A stretch of DNA of 32,000 bases, from assembly GCF_017876815.1 (NCBI RefSeq), contig NZ_JAGIOS010000002.1, positions 1,080,001 through 1,112,000 of the forward strand, read 5' to 3'. The position numbers were made by a program, and so were the translations under genes. The notes beneath the pieces are model-generated. The model was not told where the DNA came from. It did not search any database and was given only the letters and a program-made list of their open reading frames with translations. The DNA comes from Sinorhizobium meliloti (GTDB lineage Bacteria; Pseudomonadota; Alphaproteobacteria; Rhizobiales; Rhizobiaceae). Each line of letters opens with the position of its first letter. Position 1 is the stretch's first letter. Shown piece after piece: positions 15,438-25,138 of the stretch.

Positions 15438-16655
15438 TTACCGCAGACGATCGGCGAGCCATGCCTCGACGCCACGCGCCGCACCGCGGCCCATGGCGAG
15501 GCATGCGGTGAGGAGATAGCCGCCTGTCGGCGCCTCCCAATCGAGCATTTCTCCGGCGGCGAAAAGGCCGGGGAGCGCCTTCAGCATGTAGCGGTCATCG
15601 ATGGCGTCCAGGCGGATACCGCCGGCCGATGAGATCGCTTCGGCGATCGGCCGCGTTGCGAGCACCGGAACGGGCAAGGCTTTGATCTCAGCAGCGAGTT
15701 GCTCCGCAGCGGCTCTGGCCGCCTCCGGCGAGAGTTCCCGCAGCAATGCCGCCTTGACCGGGTCAAGCCCTGCACCCTTTCGCAGGCGATTGGAGAAGCT
15801 CGCCTTGCGGTCCTGCCGCGCGAGATCCCGCGCGAGCCTCCCGGCCGTGCGGCCGGGTGTGAGGTCGAGCAGGAGCGCCGCCTTGCCGTCCCGGTCCAGC
15901 CGGTCGCGCAGGCTTGCTGCATGGGCGTAGACGAGGCTGCCTTCGATGCCGTGGCGGCTCACCACGAATTCGCCGGGGACCGTACCCGCATCGGATGTTG
16001 CGGTAACGCCTTTCAGCGGTTGTCCGGCAAAACGCTCGCGGAAAATCTCGCTCCAGGCGACGTCGAAACCGCAATTGGCGGGGCGGAAATCGCTGATCGG
16101 CACGCCTCTCGCCCGCAGCAACGGCATCCAGGCGGCGTCGGAGCCGAGCCGTGGCCAGCTTGCGCCGCCAAGCGCCAGGAGAGCCGCGTCGCAACGGACG
16201 ACCGTCTTCCCTTCCGGCGTATCGAATATGTAGCCGTTCTCCGCAAAGCCCGACCAGCGATGGCGGGTAAGAAGCCGGACGCCCTGGGCCTCCAGCCGGC
16301 GGAGCCAGGCGCGCAACAGCGGCGAGGCCTTCATAGCCTTAGGAAACACGCGGCCGGAAGAGCCGACGAAGGTCTCCGCGTCAAGACCGGCTGCCCAGAC
16401 GCGCACGTCCCGAGGGGTAAAGGCATCGAGGCCCGGGCGCAGCCTTGCCGAAGCATCGCCGAAGCGCGTCGCGAAGTCCCGGTAGTCTTCGGAATGGGTT
16501 ATGTTCAGGCCGGATTTTCCCGCGAGCAGGAATTTGCGCGCGGCTGTCGGCATAGCCTCGTAGACGGTCACCGCATGGTCCGAGCGCGACAAGACTTCCG
16601 CGGCCATCAGACCGGCGGGACCGCCGCCGATAATTGCGATTTCTTTTCTTTCCAT
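15438..16655 (-). CDS. BaiN/HI0933-like NAD(P)/FAD-dependent oxidoreductase (TIGR03862-type flavoprotein)
   Basis: Starts at MERKEIAIIGGGPAGLMAAEVL (a Rossmann GxGxxG directly after the Met). The C-terminal motif is AGEMLDWEAPTGGYLL. The track ORF extends to 17042, but that extension is Arg/Pro-rich and overlaps dctP. Confidence 0.82.
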   Translation of the reverse strand: MERKEIAIIGGGPAGLMAAEVLSRSDHAVTVYEAMPTAARKFLLAGKSGLNITHSEDYRDFATRFGDASARLRPGLDAFTPRDVRVWAAGLDAETFVGSSGRVFPKAMKASPLLRAWLRRLEAQGVRLLTRHRWSGFAENGYIFDTPEGKTVVRCDAALLALGGASWPRLGSDAAWMPLLRARGVPISDFRPANCGFDVAWSEIFRERFAGQPLKGVTATSDAGTVPGEFVVSRHGIEGSLVYAHAASLRDRLDRDGKAALLLDLTPGRTAGRLARDLARQDRKASFSNRLRKGAGLDPVKAALLRELSPEAARAAAEQLAAEIKALPVPVLATRPIAEAISSAGGIRLDAIDDRYMLKALPGLFAAGEMLDWEAPTGGYLLTACLAMGRGAARGVEAWLADRLR

Positions 16656-16795
16656 CTGTGGACCACCCCGGAGCTCCTCAGGCTCTCTTGGCCTGCGGCG
16701 CGCCGGGGCGCAAGCAGATTGAGGCGATTTGCGGCGCCGATGTCCGCAATCCGGATGGGGAAGGCGGCGGAGACCGCGTTCCCCACCCGGGAGCG

Positions 16796-17791
16796 TCAGA
16801 GCGTTGCGCCGACTTTGCGAAGTTCGGCGAGAACCGGTGCCTTCGGCAGCCAGATCTTGTCGTATTCGGCGATGATCCGGCCGGCGTCGGCGACTGTGAC
16901 ATCCTTGATCGGAATGCCTGCGCCGGCGAACTTTTCGAGGAGGGCCGGCTCGTTGGCGACGGTTGCGTCGATCTGCTCGTCGAGCGCTGACTTGGTGAGG
17001 CGGGCGATGATCTCCCGGTCGGCCTCGGGAAGGGTCTGCCATACGCGGCCGGAGGCCAGCGCCACGCAGGGCATGAAGATGGCGTTCATCTTCAGCATGG
17101 TCTTGGAAACCTTGTCGAAGCGCTGGTTCCAGGAGAAGTCGAGGTCCGCCTCCAGACCGTCCACCTGGCCGTTCGACATGGCGTCGAAAACGGCCGGCGT
17201 CGGAATCGGCGTCGGCGCGGCGCCGAGGAGCTGGTAGAAATCGCGATAAGCGGGCGTCGTATTGATGCGCAGCTTCATGCCGTTGATGTCGTCGAGTCCG
17301 GCGATCTCCTTGGCCGAGAAGACGACGCGCATGGTGGTGATGCCCCAGGCAAGGCCGACCGTTCCGGTCTCGGCCGGAAGAACGTCGAGGAGCTTCATGG
17401 CGACCGGTTCGCGCACGAGCTTGGCGACCTTGGCGGTGGAATCGACGACCCAGGGCGCGTTGATCGCGGCAACGGCGGGAATGCGCGAGCCGAGTTCGGC
17501 GGTCATGATCCAGCCGAGATCGAGCGCGCCGCTCTGCATCTGCTGCAGCATCGCCGCCTCGTTGCCGAGCTGGCCGGCCGGAAAGACCGAGATCGACAGG
17601 CGGCCGTTCGTCTCGGCCTTGAGGGCTTCGCCCACCTTGAGTGCGGCATTGTTCCAGGGGTGTCCCGGCGGCGTGACGATGCCGAGGCGCAGGGTGCGCG
17701 TTTCCTGCGCGCGCACGAGCGATGGCGTGGCGAGCGAGAGGGCTGCGCCGGCGGCAACGCCGCCAAGGAAGGTTCTGCGGGAGAATGTCAT
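16796..17791 (-). CDS. TRAP transporter substrate-binding protein (DctP family)
   Basis: Tat-like signal MTFSRRTFLGGVAAGAALSLATPSLVRAQ, followed by a DctP-type fold (GHPWN..., QSGALDLG). Confidence 0.88.
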   Translation of the reverse strand: MTFSRRTFLGGVAAGAALSLATPSLVRAQETRTLRLGIVTPPGHPWNNAALKVGEALKAETNGRLSISVFPAGQLGNEAAMLQQMQSGALDLGWIMTAELGSRIPAVAAINAPWVVDSTAKVAKLVREPVAMKLLDVLPAETGTVGLAWGITTMRVVFSAKEIAGLDDINGMKLRINTTPAYRDFYQLLGAAPTPIPTPAVFDAMSNGQVDGLEADLDFSWNQRFDKVSKTMLKMNAIFMPCVALASGRVWQTLPEADREIIARLTKSALDEQIDATVANEPALLEKFAGAGIPIKDVTVADAGRIIAEYDKIWLPKAPVLAELRKVGATL

Positions 17792-17819
17792 GGAAGATCC
17801 TCTGGCTGGTTCGTTATGG

Positions 17820-19085
17820 TTATCGGGCGAAGAAGGTCGAGAGCGAGGGAATGAGCGACAGGAGCACGAGCATGAGGCAGGAGACGAAGAAGAACGGCAG
17901 CGTCACCAGGAACATCTTGCCGGGCTTTGCGCCGGTCACCGCGGCCGCCACGAAGAAGCAGAGCCCGACCGGCGGCGAGAGGAAGCCGAGGACGAGGTTG
18001 ACGACCACGACGACGCCGAAATGGATCGGGTCGATACCGTAGACCTCGGTCGCGATCGGCAGGAGGATGGGCACCGTCATGATGAGCCCGGGCGCCCCGT
18101 CGATCACCGTGCCGATGACGAGCAGGATGACGTTGACGAGCAGCATGAAGGTGACCGGATCCGAGGCGACGGTCTGAACCCAGCCGGCAACCTGCTGCGG
18201 CACCATGCCGTAGACGAGTACCCAGGAGAAGACCGCGGCGGCCGCAACGAGGAAGAGGACCACGGCCGAATAGATGCCGGCTCTCAGCATCATTCGAGGA
18301 AGATCGGAGAATTTGAGCTCGCCGATCCAGAAGCGACCGACGAGCACCGCTGCAACGGCCCCGACTGCTGCGGCCTCCGTCGCATTGGCGAGGCCGGAGA
18401 GGATCGAGCCGACGATGACGAAGGGGATGAGAAGCGTCGGCAGCGCATCCAGCACGATACGGACGCGCTCCTGGAGCTTCATGCGCTCGCCGCGCGGATA
18501 GTTGTAGACGAAACCCATCGCCGCGATGACGAGGCAGAAGGCTACGGTCAGCAGAATTCCGGGCACGATTCCTGCGGCCAGCATATCGCTTACCGGAACC
18601 TGCGCGAGTACGCTGTAGACGACGAACATGATCGACGGAGGGATGATGGGACCGAGCATGCCCGAATAGGCGGTAAGCCCGGCGGCAAAGGTCTTGTCAT
18701 AGCCCTTCTTCTCCATCTCCGGCACCATCATCTGCGCCATGACGGCAACCTGCGCCGTGGCCGAGCCGAGTATCGAGGCGACGAACATGTTGGCGAGCAG
18801 GTTGACATAGGCAAGCCCGCCGCGCATCGCGCCGACGAAAGCCATCGTCATGTCGATGATGCGCCGGGTGATGCCGCCGCCGTTCATGATCTCGCCGATT
18901 AGCACGAAGAGCGGAATGGAAATCAGCCCGTAATTGTCGACGCCGCCGAAGAGTTGCGTCGGAAAGCTCTGGAAAAGCAAGGGATTTCCGGAGGCGAAGA
19001 TATAGACGATGCTGCCGAGGCAGAGGCAGACGCCGATCGGAACGCCGACGAGCATGAAGGCGAGGAAGGCGGCGGTGGTGACCAT
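17820..19085 (-). CDS. TRAP transporter large permease (DctM family)
   Basis: A 421-aa polytopic protein with typical DctM sequence (LLFQSFPTQLFGGVDNYGLISIPLFVLIGEIMN). Its ATG overlaps the dctQ stop by 1 nt (TGATG). Confidence 0.9.
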   Translation of the reverse strand: MVTTAAFLAFMLVGVPIGVCLCLGSIVYIFASGNPLLFQSFPTQLFGGVDNYGLISIPLFVLIGEIMNGGGITRRIIDMTMAFVGAMRGGLAYVNLLANMFVASILGSATAQVAVMAQMMVPEMEKKGYDKTFAAGLTAYSGMLGPIIPPSIMFVVYSVLAQVPVSDMLAAGIVPGILLTVAFCLVIAAMGFVYNYPRGERMKLQERVRIVLDALPTLLIPFVIVGSILSGLANATEAAAVGAVAAVLVGRFWIGELKFSDLPRMMLRAGIYSAVVLFLVAAAAVFSWVLVYGMVPQQVAGWVQTVASDPVTFMLLVNVILLVIGTVIDGAPGLIMTVPILLPIATEVYGIDPIHFGVVVVVNLVLGFLSPPVGLCFFVAAAVTGAKPGKMFLVTLPFFFVSCLMLVLLSLIPSLSTFFAR

Positions 19086-19690
19086 CAGTTCACTCCCTCG
19101 GCGCTCGAAAGTTCGCGCCGCTCACGCTGAGGCGACAGGCCCAGGTCTTCGACGAGATTGGCGGCGCAATGGACGGTCATGGTTACGGCGAAGAGGGGAA
19201 TGACGAGGCTGATCGCCCAGATCGGCCAATTCAGCGTCTGGCTGCGCTCGGTATAGAGAAAGTTGAAGCTCTCGGCCGCGAAGGCCTTCGCGTCGAAGCC
19301 GGCGCGGATGATGCCGACGGGGTCCATCCACATCCAGCAGAATGCCGCAAGCGCCAGGGCGAACAGGAGGACGAGCAGTGTCGAGGCCGCGCGCATCCAG
19401 CGCGCCGCCGCGGGCGGCAGGTAATCCGTCAGCAGCGTCACAGCGAAGTCAAGTCTGAGACGCGTCAGCGCCGAGCCTCCGAGGAAGGCGAGCCAGACCA
19501 TGGCGTATACGGCCGATTCATCGACCCAATAGAGCGGATGTCCGCTGTAGCGGGTGACGACGTTCAGGAGGATGAGCGCGAGAAGCACGCACATCAATCC
19601 GGCAACCGCGCGCTTTTCGAGGGCGAGGATGGCTTCGGAGAGAGAAACGATGGCGCGCGCATAAAGCGGCGGCGCGACTGACTGGTTCAT
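19085..19690 (-). CDS. TRAP transporter small permease (DctQ family)
   Basis: A 201-aa protein with four hydrophobic segments, located directly upstream of the DctM gene and translationally coupled to it. Confidence 0.82.
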   Translation of the reverse strand: MNQSVAPPLYARAIVSLSEAILALEKRAVAGLMCVLLALILLNVVTRYSGHPLYWVDESAVYAMVWLAFLGGSALTRLRLDFAVTLLTDYLPPAAARWMRAASTLLVLLFALALAAFCWMWMDPVGIIRAGFDAKAFAAESFNFLYTERSQTLNWPIWAISLVIPLFAVTMTVHCAANLVEDLGLSPQRERRELSSAEGVN

Positions 19691-19706
19691 GACTGTTCCC
19701 TGGTTT

Positions 19707-19730
19707 ATGTATAAAGTAGATTTTATACAT
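19707..19730. promoter_or_regulatory. Perfect 9-6-9 inverted repeat ATGTATAAA-GTAGAT-TTTATACAT, candidate GntR-family operator
   Basis: It lies in the 87-bp AT-rich divergent spacer between dctQ (start 19690) and the GntR gene (start 19778). The arms contain the GT...AC cores typical of GntR/FadR-type operators. Confidence 0.5.
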
Positions 19731-19777
19731 TCCTGGAGTCAATATCATTTTTGGCGGTATTCCTGTAGCGAGCGTCC

Positions 19778-20437
19778 ATGGTTTCACATCTCAAACATCG
19801 CACCCTCTCCGGGGCATTAATCGAGGAAATCCGGCAGGCGATTCTCTCCGGCCGCTATCCGGCCGGCAGTCAGCTGCGCCAGGATGCGTTGGCCGAAACC
19901 TACGGTGTCAGCCGCATTCCGGTGCGCGAGGTCCTCTTTCAGCTCGAAGCCGAAGGGCTGGTCAGGATCGTGCCGCAGAAGGGGGCGATCGTCTCCGAAC
20001 TGTCGCTCGCCGAGATCAACGACGTTTTCGAGCTGCGGGCGCTTCTGGAACCGCGGCTCTTCCGCAAATCTGCGCCGCTTCTCGATGGCGACGATTTCGC
20101 GCGGGTGGAGGAGGTTCAAAACCGATTCCTCAAGGCGACGGCCGCAGGGGAAATCGATTCCTACGGCCAGCTCAATGCCGAACTGCACCTGGCCCTCTAC
20201 CGGCGCGCCGAGATGCCCCGGACGCAGCAGATCGTGGCGTCGCTGCTGCAGACGAGCGACCGCTACACGCGCGTCCAGCTCTCAAGCGTCGCAGCGATGA
20301 CCCGAGCGATGGAAGAGCACGCCGAGCTGATCCGCCTCTGCCGCGCGGGCGTTTTCGAGGAGGCGGCCGGTTTCCTGGTCTTCCACCTCAAGGCCGTACA
20401 TGAGGACCTGCTGTTCCGGTTGAAGGGACGCGAGTAG
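19778..20437 (+). CDS. GntR-family transcriptional regulator with FCD (FadR C-terminal) domain
   Basis: Winged HTH LRQDALAETYGVSRIPVREVLFQLEAEGLVRIVPQKGAIV, followed by a helical FCD-type effector domain. Confidence 0.88.
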   Translation: MVSHLKHRTLSGALIEEIRQAILSGRYPAGSQLRQDALAETYGVSRIPVREVLFQLEAEGLVRIVPQKGAIVSELSLAEINDVFELRALLEPRLFRKSAPLLDGDDFARVEEVQNRFLKATAAGEIDSYGQLNAELHLALYRRAEMPRTQQIVASLLQTSDRYTRVQLSSVAAMTRAMEEHAELIRLCRAGVFEEAAGFLVFHLKAVHEDLLFRLKGRE

Positions 20438-20458
20438 AGCCCCGACGGAGAAGGATGG

Positions 20459-21475
20459 TCAAGCTTCAGGCGCCGGACCGGTCGACTCGCGCAGGATAAG
20501 CTCGACCGGCCAGAGCTCGTGAATTTCCGTGGCCGGCCGTCCGGTAAGCAGTTGCAGGGTGAGGTCGGCCGAGCGCGCGCCGGCGGCGCGCAGGGACGAC
20601 CGGCTCGTCGAAAGGGACGGGACCATGTTGTCGGCCGTGAGATAGGGAAAGACATCGTCATGTGCGATGACGGAGATGTCCTTTCCGACCACAAGGCCGA
20701 CCGAACGCACGGCGCGATAGACGCCGAGCGCCGTCATCATCGAGCCGGCGACGAAGGCCGTCGGGCGGGGGGACTGCTCGAGGAAGGAACGGGCCGAGCG
20801 AAAACCGATCTCGTCGGTGAACTGGCCATGCGTGACGAGGCGCGGATCGAAGGGCAGCCCACGCTGTTCCAGCGCCTCGCGATAGCCCTTGTCGCGGTGG
20901 AGCGTGAAAGTGAGACCGTCGCGGCCGTTGATGAGTGCGATCCGTCTATGGCCGAGGTCTAGAAGGTGCGAGGTGGCGCGGCGGATCGCGCCTTCGTTGT
21001 CGATGTCGAGCCAGGCGTGCGGCACGTTGGTCTCGGAGCGGCCATGGACCAGAAAGGGAATGCCGAGCTTGTGGAGCAGCAGGATGCGCTCGTCGTTCGG
21101 CTTCGGTGAATGGATGATCACGGCGTCGACCCGTCCGCTCGTCGCCAGCCGGCTATAGAGCTGGAGCTCGGCTTTCATATCATGGTCGGCAACCGGGCTC
21201 ACGAGAATGTCGATATCCTCGCTGTCCAGCCGTTCGGCCATGCCGCTCATGAATTCGGAGAACTGGAATTCGTTGCGACCCATAACGACGCCGATCGCGC
21301 CTGCGCGGCCCGTGACCAGGCGCACGGCGTTGATGTTCGGGCGGTAACCGAGGCGCACGGCCTCTTCGGCAACCCGCTTGCGCGTCTTCTCGCTGACCTC
21401 CGGATAGCCGCTCAGAGCACGGCTTACCGTCGTTGGAGAGAGCCCCAACTGTTTGGCGAATTCCTTGAGCTTCAC
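20459..21475 (-). CDS. thuR: LacI-family repressor of the trehalose utilisation operon
   Basis: GTG start. HTH KLKEFAKQLGLSPTTVSRALSGYPEVSEKTRKRV plus a PBP-like sensor domain. It is divergent from thuE, as in the described thu locus. Confidence 0.85.
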   Translation of the reverse strand: MKLKEFAKQLGLSPTTVSRALSGYPEVSEKTRKRVAEEAVRLGYRPNINAVRLVTGRAGAIGVVMGRNEFQFSEFMSGMAERLDSEDIDILVSPVADHDMKAELQLYSRLATSGRVDAVIIHSPKPNDERILLLHKLGIPFLVHGRSETNVPHAWLDIDNEGAIRRATSHLLDLGHRRIALINGRDGLTFTLHRDKGYREALEQRGLPFDPRLVTHGQFTDEIGFRSARSFLEQSPRPTAFVAGSMMTALGVYRAVRSVGLVVGKDISVIAHDDVFPYLTADNMVPSLSTSRSSLRAAGARSADLTLQLLTGRPATEIHELWPVELILRESTGPAPEA

Positions 21476-21698
21476 TGTTCTTCCCTGCGCCCCTTCTGCG
21501 TATTGTCCTGGGATCGGCTCCGAAGCAAGTCACGCAGCAAATCGAGAAGCTGCATTCGCTCAATTTTGCGCGTCGAAGCGATGCGCAGCGCTGCAGACAT
21601 TCGCGCCGGACTATACCCGGTTCGCCGGCAGTCACAATGCACGCGTTTGCGTCGCTGGCACTGCCAGGATTTGATCGAGAGGGCTATCCGGGTACGAT

Positions 21699-21712
21699 CC
21701 AAATCGTTTTAA
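21699..21712. promoter_or_regulatory. Candidate LacI-type operator half-palindrome CCAAATCGTTTTAA
   Basis: It shares the 12-nt core CCAAAYCGTTTT with the 21894 site. It is CG-centred with the AAnCGnTT core of LacI/GalR operators. Confidence 0.3.
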
Positions 21713-21893
21713 ATTCCTGTGGATGAAGTATTCTCGCAACCAGGTTCATCGCCGGGTCAGGTTGTGGGGCCGACGCGCCGAGTTCCGACTAACATTCGGA
21801 ATATACGATATAAAATCAGTAATGGCTACGGCGCTTACTTCCGGTGCAACCACGACTTGACAGCAGATTGGCCTTCTGACAGCTTCTGCTTAC

Positions 21894-21907
21894 CCAAACC
21901 GTTTTCG
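21894..21907. promoter_or_regulatory. Candidate LacI-type (ThuR) operator CCAAACCGTTTTCG
   Basis: A 14-bp CG-centred imperfect palindrome (10 of 14 positions self-complementary by hand count), ending 46 nt upstream of the thuE ATG. Confidence 0.35.
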
Positions 21908-21953
21908 AATTGCTGAGGAGCCTGCGAAACCGGGGGGAATTTTGGAGGGACCA

Positions 21954-23225
21954 ATGAACGTGAAGCCTTTTGTAAGGACGCTGATTTCCTGCGCCGCGAT
22001 CGTCGGCGCAATCGACCTTGCTGCCGCCGCCGAATTGTCTATGGCGGCCAATTCGACCGGCAAGAATCTGAGTTTTCTGCGGGACCAGATCGCCAGGTTC
22101 GAGAAGGAGACGGGTCACAAGGTCAACCTGGTGACCATGCCGGCTTCGAGCAGCGAGCAGTTCAGCCAGTATCGACTCTGGCTTGCCGCCGGGAACAAGG
22201 ATGTCGATGTCTACCAGACGGACGTCATCTGGGCTCCGCAGCTCGCCGAGCAGTTCGTCGACCTGACCGAGGCGACGAAGGACGTGGTCGGCGAGCACTT
22301 CCCTTCGATCATCCAGTCGCAGACGGTCAACGGCAAGCTGGTCGCTCTGCCCTTCTACACCGACGCGCCGGCGCTTTATTACCGCAAGGACCTGCTCGAC
22401 AAATACGGCAAGACGCCACCCAAGACCTGGGATGAACTGGCGGCGACGGCGAAGGAGGTTCAGGACAAGGAGCGTGCCGCCGGCAGTGCCGATATCTGGG
22501 GCTTCGTCTTTCAGGGCAATGCCTATGAGGGGCTCACCTGCAACGCGCTCGAGTGGATCAAGTCGTCCGGCGGCGGTCAGATCATCGAGCCCGACGGCAC
22601 GATCTCCGTCAACAACGAAAAGGCGGCGGCGGCCGTCGAGAAAGTCAAGGAATGGATCGGCACGATCGCGCCCAAGGGCGTGCTTGCCTATCAGGAGGAG
22701 GAATCACGCGGCGTCTGGCAGACCGGCAACGCCGTTTTCATGCGTAACTGGCCCTATGCCTACGCCCTTGGCAACGGGGACGACAGCGCCGTAAAGGGCA
22801 AATTCGAAGTGGCCCCGCTTCCGGCCGCCACCGACGGCGATCAGCCGTCCTCGACACTCGGCGGATGGAACCTCGCGGTCTCGAAATATTCCGAAGAGCA
22901 GGAGGCGGCGATCGCCTTCGTCAAGTTCCTGGGCTCGGCCGAAACCCAGAAGGTGCGTGCGATCGAGCTTTCGAACCTTCCGACGATCGCGGCGCTTTAC
23001 GACGATCCGGAAGTCGCGGCGGCCCAGCCGTTCATGCCGCATTGGAAGCCTATCTTCCAGAGCGCCGTGCCGCGCCCCTCGGCCGTGGCAAAGGTGAAGT
23101 ACAACGAAGTGTCCTCCAAGTTCTGGAGCGCCGTGCACAACACGCTTTCGGGTAACGGAACGGCGGCGGAGAATCTCGAGCTTCTCGAAGTCGAACTGAC
23201 CGAACTCAAGGGCGACGCTTGGTAA
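21954..23225 (+). CDS. thuE: Trehalose/maltose/sucrose-binding periplasmic protein
   Basis: ATG at 21954 with GGAGG 5 nt upstream; the track start at 21942 is a TTG. It has a signal peptide, a family-1 sugar SBP sequence, and heads the thuEFGK-thuAB gene order. Confidence 0.88.
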   Translation: MNVKPFVRTLISCAAIVGAIDLAAAAELSMAANSTGKNLSFLRDQIARFEKETGHKVNLVTMPASSSEQFSQYRLWLAAGNKDVDVYQTDVIWAPQLAEQFVDLTEATKDVVGEHFPSIIQSQTVNGKLVALPFYTDAPALYYRKDLLDKYGKTPPKTWDELAATAKEVQDKERAAGSADIWGFVFQGNAYEGLTCNALEWIKSSGGGQIIEPDGTISVNNEKAAAAVEKVKEWIGTIAPKGVLAYQEEESRGVWQTGNAVFMRNWPYAYALGNGDDSAVKGKFEVAPLPAATDGDQPSSTLGGWNLAVSKYSEEQEAAIAFVKFLGSAETQKVRAIELSNLPTIAALYDDPEVAAAQPFMPHWKPIFQSAVPRPSAVAKVKYNEVSSKFWSAVHNTLSGNGTAAENLELLEVELTELKGDAW

Positions 23226-23312
23226 AATCGCGAGACCCGGATGGCAGCTCTGCCGTCCGGGTCAGGATCAAACGGCACGGGCGGGACCCGAGCCAACCGG
23301 TAGGCTCACGTC

Positions 23313-24298
23313 ATGACTGATCTCTCCCTCGCGGATCGGCCGGCTGCGCTTGCGCATGGCGGCAGGATAGGCTCGGACCTGCAGGCGCAACGGGTCCGTT
23401 CGGCCTGGCTCTTTCTCGCGCCAACCTTCCTCGTCCTGGCGCTCGTCGCCGGCTGGCCGCTCATCCGAACCATCTATTTCAGTTTCACCAACGCCTCGCT
23501 GACCAATCTATCGGGCGCCGAATTCGTCGGCTTCGCCAATTATCTCTCATGGATCACCCTGAAGAGCGGGCGGACGATTTACAGGGGCCTGCTTGCGGAC
23601 CCCGCCTGGTGGAATGCGGTCTGGAACACGCTCAAATTCACGGTTCTTTCGGTTAGTATCGAAACGGCGCTGGGCCTTATCGTCGCTTTGGTACTCAACG
23701 CGCAGTTTCCCGGTCGCGGACTTGTCCGTGCCGCGATCCTGATCCCCTGGGCGATCCCGACCATCGTCTCCGCGAAAATGTGGGCCTGGATGCTCAACGA
23801 CCAGTTCGGCATCCTCAACGACATGCTCATCGGCCTCGGCCTGATCGGCGAGAAGATCGCCTGGACCGCCAGCCCCGACACCGCCATGATCGCCGTATTG
23901 ATCGTCGACGTCTGGAAGACGACGCCCTTCATGGCGCTCCTGATCCTCGCCGGGCTGCAAATGGTGCCGGGCGATATTTACGAAGCCGCCAAAATCGACG
24001 GCGTCCATCCGGTACGTGTCTTTTGGCGGGTCACCCTGCCGCTGATCCGGCCGGCGCTGATGGTCGCGGTCATCTTCCGCATGCTCGACGCGCTGCGCAT
24101 TTTCGACCTCATCTACGTTCTGACGCCCAACAACGCACAGACCAAGACGATGTCGGTCATGGCGCGCGAAAACCTTTTCGATTTCGACAAGTTCGCCTAT
24201 GGCGCGGCCGCCTCCACCATGCTGTTCCTGATCATCGCGACGATCACGATCCTCTACATGTGGCTCGGTCGTCTCAACTTGAGCGGAGGAGAACGCTG

Positions 24299-24299
<1 letters not shown>
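23313..24299 (+). CDS. thuF: Trehalose/maltose ABC permease (MalF-type)
   Basis: A polytopic protein with the EAA-loop region IYEAAKIDGVHPVRVFWRVTLP. Confidence 0.88.
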
Positions 24300-25129
<830 letters not shown>

Positions 25130-25138
25130 GAGAACAAG

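Noticed and set aside
16656-17042. An N-terminal extension of the flavoprotein ORF (the track gives 534 aa)
   Set aside because: The extension is Arg/Pro-rich and overlaps the 3-prime end of dctP. The Rossmann GxGxxG motif follows the internal Met at 16655 at the position normal for this family.
15699-17237. A 512-aa plus-strand ORF spanning the flavoprotein and dctP genes
   Set aside because: It is antisense to two well-supported genes and crosses their intergenic gap. The product is low-complexity and Arg/Ala-rich with no motifs.
17262-18902. A 546-aa plus-strand ORF with long acidic/basic runs (RRREEAEDEVDDHDD...)
   Set aside because: It is antisense to dctP and dctM. The charged low-complexity composition is the mirror image of hydrophobic membrane-protein codons.
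21654-21675. TGGCAC in the thu control region, considered as a sigma-54 -24 element
   Set aside because: The required TTGC -12 element at the correct 5-nt spacing is absent.
21719-21916. A 65-aa ORF in the thuR-thuE spacer
   Set aside because: It has no SD, mixed codon bias and overlaps the likely thuE promoter/operator region. I cannot support it as coding.
23780-24298. An upstream extension of the thuG ORF (449-aa track entry)
   Set aside because: It is out of frame within thuF and has no membrane character. The ATGA overlap at 24299 gives a canonical MalG-type N-terminus.
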